Of a stretch of 26,706 nucleotides of DNA, positions 18,673 through 26,514 are shown piece after piece. This DNA is from a virus (Duplodnaviria > Caudoviricetes). A model generated the notes under the pieces. It saw only the letters and a list, made by a program, of their open reading frames with translations, made no database searches and was not told the DNA's origin. The DNA is taken from the IMG/VR virus record IMGVR_UViG_3300011258_001043, positions 1 to 26,706 of that record. One strand, given 5' to 3'. A program made the position numbers and the translations under genes. How positions within the stretch are numbered: position 1 is the stretch's first letter; the number at the start of each line of letters is the position of its first letter.

Positions 18673-20117
18673 TAGATATTAGTTACCTGTATACGTCTAG
18701 CTCTCACGGTTACACCGGCTGTAGAAGATGAAACCATTAGTCTCATGTTACCACCACTGATATCTACTGAAACACTTAGGTTAAAGTTAGAACCAACTTT
18801 TAGTTTGGCATAAACAGTATCATCAACTAGAGTACCGTTGTTAAGTCCGTAAACCTCAATTGCTTGCTTGTTAGCTGGTGTTGCTTCTTCAAAAGCCTCG
18901 ACAATCCATTTACAAGCTGACGCTTCAGCAACCGGTACAGCATCTACCGCAGTAGCTGTGGTAATTCCTGTCACTTCAACAACTCTTAAGCCACCTAGAA
19001 AGTCTGTAACTTTTTGTATAGCACTCTTAACAGTTTCTGTTGCCGTGAGTAGTATTGCACCAAAACCAGTAAAGGCTCCAAGATTTGTGCTGTTCTCAGG
19101 GACACCCGATAAGCTAATTAAATCATCGACGTTCTGATCAATTTCAGAGATTACACCGTCTTGAGTTTCATCCTTAGATTCTAATTGTTGAAGTGCCGAC
19201 TTCGTAGTGGAACCATCAGCAATTACAGATCCCGTGAATGTGCCGTTGTCTGTTGAATTCTCTGGCATTCCTGATAAAGTAATTAAGTCATCAACGTTAG
19301 CATCTGTTTCTTCGTAAGCCGTTTCGACCTGTTGAAGTGCAGACTTGACCGAGCTATTATCTGCTATAGTCGATCCGCTAAATACGCCGAGTGAAGTATC
19401 ACCCTGTGATGTACCTAAAACACTATCTTGTGCGTCGTTATTACCGTCAACTTTAGAAATTGCTGATTGAACGGAATCAGCAGCAGTAACGTCACCACTT
19501 GATGCACTGTATGGCGATCTTAAAGAGATACCGTCAGCAAAAGCGAAGTCCATATCCGCAACTTTAATACAAGCCGAACCATCATAAGTTATGATCGCTT
19601 GACCTTCTTGACCTGCTGGGTCTGGTAAGTTATAACGAACAGCAAACATATCTTGAGCTACAGGGGCATCACCAGCTGCTGCTATAGTTATTGCTGTTGC
19701 ACTACTAACTGCTGTAATTTCCCAAAGATCACAACCACCATCAAGTATGTAATGACCTACAGTAAAATCTGTACCATCGGCACCACCGTCATTGTCTGAC
19801 CATGCTGTTGGATCTGTAACACCGGCTGATAGAACTTGTCCTGTGTGAGCATCTACTCTTTCAGGTCGCCAGTTACCAATAGCGTTACCACCGGAACCTA
19901 ATAGTTCCCAATCAGCAGGAGCACCGGCATTTGCAATCTTACGATATGTTTCACCAGTTCCACCACGTAAATATAGTGAACCGATAGGGGCATCGCCCTG
20001 TTTTCCAGCAACACCATCAGGCGCGGCTGAACCGGCTAATACGGCAGCTTGTACTGCGACACCATTCTCATCGAATATGCCTAAGCCTAACTCCACATTA
20101 AATAAGTCTCTTGACAT
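18672..20117 (-). CDS. Repeat-containing fibre / capsid decoration protein
   Basis: 481 aa with 3-4 internal repeats G..GxFxGS.IAD.S.xKSALQQ.E. Strong RBS AGGGAGG; downstream of the capsid gene. Confidence 0.6.
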   Translation of the reverse strand: MSRDLFNVELGLGIFDENGVAVQAAVLAGSAAPDGVAGKQGDAPIGSLYLRGGTGETYRKIANAGAPADWELLGSGGNAIGNWRPERVDAHTGQVLSAGVTDPTAWSDNDGGADGTDFTVGHYILDGGCDLWEITAVSSATAITIAAAGDAPVAQDMFAVRYNLPDPAGQEGQAIITYDGSACIKVADMDFAFADGISLRSPYSASSGDVTAADSVQSAISKVDGNNDAQDSVLGTSQGDTSLGVFSGSTIADNSSVKSALQQVETAYEETDANVDDLITLSGMPENSTDNGTFTGSVIADGSTTKSALQQLESKDETQDGVISEIDQNVDDLISLSGVPENSTNLGAFTGFGAILLTATETVKSAIQKVTDFLGGLRVVEVTGITTATAVDAVPVAEASACKWIVEAFEEATPANKQAIEVYGLNNGTLVDDTVYAKLKVGSNFNLSVSVDISGGNMRLMVSSSTAGVTVRARRIQVTNI

Positions 20118-20130
20118 TTATCCTCCCTCT

Positions 20131-20565
20131 TTAGGGCGTTATTGCCCTTAAAAACGTAACTACTACATCGAAAATTTCATTATTTGTTATTTCTAAAAAC
20201 GCATCAACCGAGTCATCTGTTACTGACACCGCTACGTCTATAGAACCGCCCATTCTTTCTGACACCATGTCTGTCACGGTACCAGCATTATTCTGCGCAA
20301 CTAGTTTCATTGACTTGGTTACGGTTATTGGGTCATCTTTAAAGTTTATTATATAATCTATTCTGCTAAATGTTGAAAGTAAATTAGTGTCAACAACAAC
20401 TGTTGAACTTGCAGGAATAACTAGTACCCCAGACCTTTGCCATACAAACGCTTCTGATGAATTAACAACGGTGACAGCTTGTACTGTTAGAGAGTCATCT
20501 ATTGGATCATCCCTGTAAGATTTATGGTGTGAGTCTCTTAAATTCTTGAATTTAGTTCCGGCCAT
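20131..20565 (-). CDS. Beta-rich protein resembling the C-terminal domain of 18672..20117
   Basis: VVVDTNLLSTFSRIDYII...KSMKLVAQNNAGTVTDMV aligns with TAVDAVPVAEASACKWIV...QAIEVYGLNNGTLVDDTV. Confidence 0.55.
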   Translation of the reverse strand: MAGTKFKNLRDSHHKSYRDDPIDDSLTVQAVTVVNSSEAFVWQRSGVLVIPASSTVVVDTNLLSTFSRIDYIINFKDDPITVTKSMKLVAQNNAGTVTDMVSERMGGSIDVAVSVTDDSVDAFLEITNNEIFDVVVTFLRAITP

Positions 20566-20756
20566 TACTTAGCCTTCTTTATAATGTTTTTAAAATCTGC
20601 TTCGTACCATGCGACCCACTCGCCCTTTACGAATTGTATATCAAAGAAATGTAGCTTTGATTCTAGCTTGCGTTGGATAATCAACATCTGCTTAGTCAAT
20701 TCACCACGGGATTTAGCCGTAATTGATGTAGGGACTGTTAGTATAGATGTATTCAT
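20565..20756 (-). CDS. Small hypothetical protein
   Basis: 63 aa, RBS AAGGA, TAATG coupling to the next gene. Confidence 0.6.
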   Translation of the reverse strand: MNTSILTVPTSITAKSRGELTKQMLIIQRKLESKLHFFDIQFVKGEWVAWYEADFKNIIKKAK

Positions 20757-20768
20757 TGTTATCCTTTA

Positions 20769-20799
20769 GAAAGAAAACCCAGGGGTTGTGACCCCCAGG
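20769..20799 (-). terminator. Intrinsic terminator after the major capsid gene
   Basis: The minus strand reads CCTGGGGGT-CACA-ACCCCTGGG-TTTTCTTTC. Confidence 0.8.
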
Positions 20800-20808
20800 C
20801 TAATTAAA

Positions 20809-21669
20809 TTATGCACCTACAAGGTAAACTTGTAACTCACCAGCTTGAAGAACAGTTTGACCCATTCCTAATGCAAAAGAGTATTCAGTCTTCTGTAGAC
20901 CCAACTGGGAACGTCTAGACTCAAATTTAACTTCTTGTTGAACTGCAACAGCAACTGCTTTCTTCTGGTAGAAACAAGCTTCGTTACTTGCAAGACTGTT
21001 GTGAACAATTACACGGAAACCGTAGATTTGTCCAACTTCACCTTGTAGTAAAGCTTCTCTTGAACCATACTTGTCAGCATTTCTGAAGTTATCAAGATTG
21101 ATGATGTCTTCTTCCATTTCTGGTGGAACAACCATGAATCTGTCTGATTGATCAGCATTTGCTCTGTTTAACAATCTACGAGCACGTGCAACATCTTCTA
21201 AAGTTAAAGAAGCACCTGCACCAGCAGCGTTGCTATCTAAACCGAAAAGGTGTCCAGCAGTAGCTAATTTAGCTTGTACTAGGATTTGATTATCCATATA
21301 TACACCATAAGATTTACCGGCTGATTCAGCAAGTTCACCTTCGATGTTTATACGAGATTGCTCAGAAACTCTATCTGGAATTTCATAAACAATTGATGTC
21401 CAGTCAGAAAGATCGATAGTATCAACAGCGAAAGTAGTCGTTTGACTTGGAGTCTGTGTTACACCATCAGCGTTTTGAGCAGCAGGACCAGCAAAAGAAG
21501 CTGATATGCGTGGAAGTTCGATTGATTTGATACCTTTTTCAGCAAGATCTGAACGATCAACAACTGTAGGTCTTAGTTTTGCGGAATGGATTAGTTCGTC
21601 TTGTACGATAGAACTGATGATATCCATTTCTGTTGAGCCGGTATTAGCGGCACTAGTCATTGTAGCCAT
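20809..21669 (-). CDS. Major capsid protein (HK97 fold, P22-coat/N4-like type)
   Basis: Follows the scaffold. ARRLLNRANADQSDRFMVVPP...GEVGQIYGFRVIVHNSL. Strong RBS and a downstream terminator. Confidence 0.88.
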   Translation of the reverse strand: MATMTSAANTGSTEMDIISSIVQDELIHSAKLRPTVVDRSDLAEKGIKSIELPRISASFAGPAAQNADGVTQTPSQTTTFAVDTIDLSDWTSIVYEIPDRVSEQSRINIEGELAESAGKSYGVYMDNQILVQAKLATAGHLFGLDSNAAGAGASLTLEDVARARRLLNRANADQSDRFMVVPPEMEEDIINLDNFRNADKYGSREALLQGEVGQIYGFRVIVHNSLASNEACFYQKKAVAVAVQQEVKFESRRSQLGLQKTEYSFALGMGQTVLQAGELQVYLVGA

Positions 21670-21681
21670 TATATTCTCCTA

Positions 21682-22269
21682 TTAAGATTTGACTTGTTTA
21701 AGTAATTCACGTTTCTCAGCAGTTGTCATTTGTGACAGCTCCTTTTGAATCGTCTTTATTGGTGAAGCAGGAACCATAGTTGAATTTGCACCAGCTGGTT
21801 TATTTAGTAATATACCGTGCTCTTCGCGGAACTCGTTAGCCACAGCTAATAGACTTTCTTGATCAATTACCCCATATTCGTTAACTTCAATTGCATCAAC
21901 ATTCGCGTGAACTAGGTACTTGTCGTTAGATAATCCTAACTGATCTTTCAAAGCTTGCTTCTTGGTGTTCTTATTGAACTCTTCTTTAGACTTAACAAAG
22001 TCTTGTCGAGCATCTGTGGCTTCAGCTTTGTACTTTTCTGCTAACTCTTTCCACTGATCATTCTCTCTCATTCTCTCTTCTTCAAGTGCTTTCAGCTTAG
22101 CCTCATACTCAGCTGCTCGCGCCTTCTCTGATTTGAGACTGGCTTTGAACTTATGCATATCCGTGGTTACTTCTTCGTATGCCTTTTTGCGAACAAAATC
22201 ATTCTTTTCTCCAGCAACTACTGACTCCTGATCTGAACTGTCACCGACAGGCTTGTTATCTGTTGACAT
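21682..22269 (-). CDS. Capsid scaffolding protein
   Basis: Charged coiled coil (ENDQWKELAEKYK) directly upstream of the capsid gene, with C-terminal MTTAEKRELL. Confidence 0.8.
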   Translation of the reverse strand: MSTDNKPVGDSSDQESVVAGEKNDFVRKKAYEEVTTDMHKFKASLKSEKARAAEYEAKLKALEEERMRENDQWKELAEKYKAEATDARQDFVKSKEEFNKNTKKQALKDQLGLSNDKYLVHANVDAIEVNEYGVIDQESLLAVANEFREEHGILLNKPAGANSTMVPASPIKTIQKELSQMTTAEKRELLKQVKS

Positions 22270-22281
22270 TATTATCTCCTT

Positions 22282-22311
22282 CGTATACTATACGTTGTTT
22301 ATTATTGTTTA
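22282..22311 (-). promoter_or_regulatory. Candidate late promoter/operator motif, copy 2
   Basis: TAAACAATAATAAACAACGTATAGTATACG, closely similar to 26430-26401, directly before the scaffold RBS. Confidence 0.5.
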
Positions 22312-22795
22312 TTGCTTGGCTAACTTCTTAGTCAGCTTCGCAAATGCTTCCTTTAAAATCTGTTTAAATTCTTTAGTTGCTAAACTCAAAAACAGGTGAC
22401 CGTTGTCTGCTAGGTGTTGAGCCTTTTCTTGATCAACCGGTGCAACTGCTATTTCATATTCATTCGGTGTTATCTTTCTTACATGCGTCTTATTCAATAA
22501 ACTACCGGTTCTCGTTAAGTTGGCTTTAGCTGGTGTTGTCTTACCGGTTAATACCCCTCGTTTCTTATCATTCCTTCTGCCGCTTTTTACTGCTAGGTTC
22601 TAACTTTAACTTCTCTATCTTACTAGAGTTAGTATTGAGGCTATCGACACCATACCCAGCTCTGGTTCTTTTAACTATCTGTTTCTTAGCGGCAACGGCT
22701 ATATCCTTAACCATGGCACCACCTTTGAGGTCTCGGGCGAATGTCTCAAGCTTTCTCATCAATGCTGCTATCTCTCTCTCACTATTATCAGCCAT
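22309..22795 (-). CDS. Virion morphogenesis (P2 gpS / Mu gpG-like) protein, ~161 aa, interrupted by a 1-nt frame break
   Basis: ORFs 22568..22795 and 22309..22497 join with a +1 shift, restoring ...KKRGVLTGKTTPAKANLTRTGSLLNK.... The joined protein parallels the upstream paralogue. Confidence 0.7.
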
Positions 22796-23220
22796 TAACC
22801 GAATATTCCCCTTCTTATTCCTAGTGCAGATCTAACCGCATCTACTATTAAACTCAAATCTGAAGCAGATATTCCCATGAAGTCTCTACCCTTTTGTCTG
22901 TTCCAAGATGCTTTATCATTGGCGAAACTGTCAGACAATCCTATCTTAACAAACCCTACTCCACTTGACTTGACTACCATTGAACTGAGCATATCGTCTG
23001 TAAGGGTTAAATCCACCAATGAACTCTTGCCTGTTGCCGTGAACTCAATTGACTCCGTGTAACTTTTGGAGTATCGACTAAAGGGACTGTTATTCTTATC
23101 TAAACCGTTCTTAGTTCTACTTCTAACAAAGGTAATAATCTCTTCTGCTAGTACATCCCTTGCTCTAGCGTCAAAGTTCCGTGGTATCCTAACTATAAAG
23201 CTCTGATCCGGTTCTGACAT
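22795..23220 (-). CDS. Virion morphogenesis (P2 gpS / Mu gpG-like) protein
   Basis: RTKNGLDKNNSPF..YS..Y, VDLTLTDDML, KASWN and RDFMGIS. Confidence 0.65.
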   Translation of the reverse strand: MSEPDQSFIVRIPRNFDARARDVLAEEIITFVRSRTKNGLDKNNSPFSRYSKSYTESIEFTATGKSSLVDLTLTDDMLSSMVVKSSGVGFVKIGLSDSFANDKASWNRQKGRDFMGISASDLSLIVDAVRSALGIRRGIFG

Positions 23221-24758
23221 TACTCACCTAGTTCTTCATCTCTCTGAGACTGAATAGGGTCTTTGCTCATTTCATCTGGTTGCTTTTCTGGTCCACTGGG
23301 TGCTGTAATCATCATGTTCTCGAATGCTTCTTCCGACTCTGTATCTAATTCTTCTATCCATTTATCTAGTTGAGCGTCTGTTAGATCTGGCATGATCTTT
23401 GCTAGTGCCTGTTTCTTAGTCATAAGGCTTAGCTCTCTCAACATCTTAACTTCTTCAAGCTTTTCTTTATCTGTCTTGAGTATCTTCATTTCAGCGAACT
23501 TGATAGAGAATGATTCATCAAATGTGTGTGAGAATTGTCTAGATTCATCAACCATACCACCTGTAGACCATACAGATTGTACTCTATTCAACTTCTCCCA
23601 TAACTTATCTTCAACATGTCTGAATAGCTCTGTCTGTTCTTTTCTAACCGCTGTAGTATCACCTTCATCCATTGCCTTAGCAAATCCAGAAGCTTCACGA
23701 CCAGGCATCATTTGCCCACCACCGGTTGTCTTAATACCGATAGATGCGAAGTAAGCACTTAACTCAAACTCTACTAGTTGTAGCTGTGCTTCAATGTTTA
23801 TTTGTGGATCGATTGTGCCGATCTCTGGAGTCCCTCTAGTACCACCCTCAATTGAATCGCCTAGGTTTACCATAGCGTCTGGGTTGAGTTCAACACCGTC
23901 TAGGTCTGTGTTACGTGACCATATAATAGAATGCGACAGAAATTGTACTGAATAGTTAAGATCTGCGAGTAATTTAGGGATAAGGACGGAGATATCTAGT
24001 CCTAGTTGATTTGCGAAAGGGATGAGTTGGAATATACTAGAGTTAACATAAGTCTGTGGTATAACGCCAAACTCATTTACACCTGATTCAAGCCCGTGAG
24101 CTGACATCATGTCCATTCTGATAGTGCCTTCACTATCAAAAATAAGTACTTCGTTGTCAGAGAATGCTTGATATATATTGACGGTTCTTATATTATGTTT
24201 CTGCTGTTCTATGTTTGTACCATTTGCAGAAGTGGTTGTGTGGTCCATTATCTGCTCACTACCTAGTAGCTTTATGAATACGGTCATTTTCAATGGGTCT
24301 ACTGGATCATCGGAGAATGGTAAGAACAAGTGATTAGGAATAGCCCTAACCTTTTGCTTTCTACCTTCTAAATAAGGTTCGATGGCACATGAATTCATTG
24401 CATTAAGCAGCTGATTCGCGTGCATCATTACCGTATCTATACCAGATATCTTTGTTAGACTATCCATTAAGTCTATGTCTTTTTGACTATCAGCATTTCT
24501 GATGGGCGCTTCAATGTATACTTTTGACAGTTTATCCGTGGCTTTTTTCATCACATTGATGGACGGGATACGTTGGAGGCAGCGTCTAAGGGCGGAGGGA
24601 GAAAAGATCTCTTGCCGAAGCGAATCTTCAATTTCCCTCTTTAGTTGACCTTCAAAAATGTTAAAAACTCTTTGATTAAATTGTAAGTACTCCATATTAG
24701 CCTGTATGTGACTAACTAATTCTGGTATTAAATCTACTAATGGTTTCTGAGTACTCAT
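23220..24758 (-). CDS. Portal protein
   Basis: 512 aa directly after terL. NEFGVIP, EASGFA and an acidic C-terminus resemble SPP1-type portals. Confidence 0.85.
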   Translation of the reverse strand: MSTQKPLVDLIPELVSHIQANMEYLQFNQRVFNIFEGQLKREIEDSLRQEIFSPSALRRCLQRIPSINVMKKATDKLSKVYIEAPIRNADSQKDIDLMDSLTKISGIDTVMMHANQLLNAMNSCAIEPYLEGRKQKVRAIPNHLFLPFSDDPVDPLKMTVFIKLLGSEQIMDHTTTSANGTNIEQQKHNIRTVNIYQAFSDNEVLIFDSEGTIRMDMMSAHGLESGVNEFGVIPQTYVNSSIFQLIPFANQLGLDISVLIPKLLADLNYSVQFLSHSIIWSRNTDLDGVELNPDAMVNLGDSIEGGTRGTPEIGTIDPQINIEAQLQLVEFELSAYFASIGIKTTGGGQMMPGREASGFAKAMDEGDTTAVRKEQTELFRHVEDKLWEKLNRVQSVWSTGGMVDESRQFSHTFDESFSIKFAEMKILKTDKEKLEEVKMLRELSLMTKKQALAKIMPDLTDAQLDKWIEELDTESEEAFENMMITAPSGPEKQPDEMSKDPIQSQRDEELGE

Positions 24759-24766
24759 TTTAGTCC

Positions 24767-25981
24767 TTATTTATAAGTTACACTAGCTCTAGTTCTTGGC
24801 TTCTGTAGTGGGAAGAAGTGCCAGCATATATAACCCAAGGTATCTGTTATATGTCCGAGCATTTCATCTTTGTTATCGTACACTAATTGCTCTAAGTTCT
24901 TTACTAGGTTTATACACTTACTGTCAATTACAATTCTGTTCTGTTCAAATAACCGGTTTACATTGTTGTTGCGGTCCTTAACGAACGGGTTTCTAAAGTT
25001 TAAAACATTCAATCCGGCTCTAGATAGTATCTCATGATCTGTATTTGTTGAACTACTCTTTCTTCTATTGCCTGTTTCATCCGAGACTACATTGATCAGT
25101 CTACCAGGATGCTTCTTAATCATTTCTTTACTAGCTTTAAATGTGTTCGAGTCTTCTTGGTGCATTTCGTCAAAGATATAGATTGTATCACCAACAACAT
25201 TGCAGTACACACCGCATAAAGGATGCACGTTAAAATCAAGACCGACGAACAAATAGCTGCCATTGTCATTAACACTTTTAACATGCTTATTCCTATCAAA
25301 CTGGTAGAACACTTTACCAGAAGTTAAATTCACAAATTGTCCATCAAGTTCTTGTTGAGCTAGTTTACTGTCGTATTGCTCTCTAAGATCATCTACATAG
25401 CTTGCTTTGATATGCATAGAATTGTCTGATGTCTTTGAATAGACTACCGCAGATGATTTAGGCGGCTTTTGAACAAATCTCTCATATAACCAATTAAAAC
25501 CATTGGGTGTAGTAGTGCCCTTCCATTGGCAAGGTCCTTTAGGGTCTCGTATACGTCCGATCATGACTTGATATGCTTCTTCTTTATAGAAAGCACACTC
25601 ATCTCCCCATCCCCATCCAAACTCGATACCACGAAGTAAATCATACTTCTCCATCGATAGTGCATATATTACGGTTTCTTCTGGACCTACCAAGATAACA
25701 CCGTCTTGCATCTTATACTGAAACTCTATTCCCATTTCATCCAACAGTTCAAAAAGCTTACTTAATGTTGCTTTCTTCAGCTGTGAGTAAGAGTTCGCTG
25801 TAATCAAACCCTTTACGTGTGGGTGTGTCACCGCCATATAAATTGCCCATAACGCACCTGCATGGGTTTTGCCGGAACCTAATCCACCACAAAATAATGT
25901 GTACTCTTCGTTATGACTCATGAATTCCATCTGAGCCGTAGATAACTTAATATCAGTCGGTTCCTGTGTTTCCATCATCAT
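24767..25981 (-). CDS. terL: Terminase large subunit
   Basis: Walker A GGLGSGKT, Walker B WGWGDE, TTTPNG, and nuclease motifs GLDFN and HITDTLGY. The start may be the third ATG (25975). Confidence 0.93.
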   Translation of the reverse strand: MMMETQEPTDIKLSTAQMEFMSHNEEYTLFCGGLGSGKTHAGALWAIYMAVTHPHVKGLITANSYSQLKKATLSKLFELLDEMGIEFQYKMQDGVILVGPEETVIYALSMEKYDLLRGIEFGWGWGDECAFYKEEAYQVMIGRIRDPKGPCQWKGTTTPNGFNWLYERFVQKPPKSSAVVYSKTSDNSMHIKASYVDDLREQYDSKLAQQELDGQFVNLTSGKVFYQFDRNKHVKSVNDNGSYLFVGLDFNVHPLCGVYCNVVGDTIYIFDEMHQEDSNTFKASKEMIKKHPGRLINVVSDETGNRRKSSSTNTDHEILSRAGLNVLNFRNPFVKDRNNNVNRLFEQNRIVIDSKCINLVKNLEQLVYDNKDEMLGHITDTLGYICWHFFPLQKPRTRASVTYK

Positions 25982-26390
25982 CCTCGGGTACTACCGCTAA
26001 AGGTATTGCATTATTACGCTCCGAAAAACTAAACGAAGGCGCTTGTGGTTTCTCTTCTGCTTCTTCCTTGTCAGGTTGATACAGACCGCCAATCTTGGCT
26101 TGTAGGTTTACAGCATCGATAGCAACTTTAATTTTGCCATCTGCTAACGCTCTATTATATAGATGATCATTCCTTAACATAAGCTTAACACGTAGTTCTT
26201 CACGGTTTTCTTTCTGCATATTAGCCATATCTTTCAATATACCACGGCATTGACGTTCTATAGAGTGTTTGGAGCAATTATACTTGGTAGCAAGCGATTG
26301 ACTGAATTGACCGATATCTTGACCCAGGCGCAAATGCTCCTGAATGTCTTCTTCTCGTTCAATCATTTGTCTTTTCGTAGCTTTAGCCAA
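25953..26390 (-). CDS. terS: Putative terminase small subunit
   Basis: Overlaps the terL start. HTH-like N-terminus (LATKYNCSKHSIER), then AIDAVNLQAKIGGLY. TTG start with RBS AGGGGT. Confidence 0.7.
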   Translation of the reverse strand: MAKATKRQMIEREEDIQEHLRLGQDIGQFSQSLATKYNCSKHSIERQCRGILKDMANMQKENREELRVKLMLRNDHLYNRALADGKIKVAIDAVNLQAKIGGLYQPDKEEAEEKPQAPSFSFSERNNAIPLAVVPEDDDGNTGTD

Positions 26391-26400
26391 ATTAATTACC

Positions 26401-26430
26401 CCTATACCTATACTTGTTCATTATTGTCAA
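26401..26430 (-). promoter_or_regulatory. Candidate late promoter/operator motif, copy 1
   Basis: TTGACAATAATGAACAAGTATAGGTATAGG directly before the terS RBS; includes a perfect TTGACA. Confidence 0.5.
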
Positions 26431-26514
26431 ATAAAACATATATATATGAAGGATATTAGCATATTATAATATTGTAATATACAGAAACACTAATAATAAC
26501 GGAGACTTAAAAAA

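Noticed and set aside
4740-20117. Diversity-generating retroelement or invertible fibre cassette
   Set aside because: No reverse transcriptase or invertase is present, and I saw no near-identical DNA repeat pair. Fibre similarities are at the protein level only.
257-26459. Many short antisense or alternate-frame ORFs in the track (e.g. 257-460, 3368-3718, 3552-3806, 3837-4094, 4751-4975, 5181-5486, 8698-8991, 11428-11712, 23392-23754, 26250-26459)
   Set aside because: They lie within or largely overlap well-supported genes, show no recognisable motifs, and look like shadow frames.
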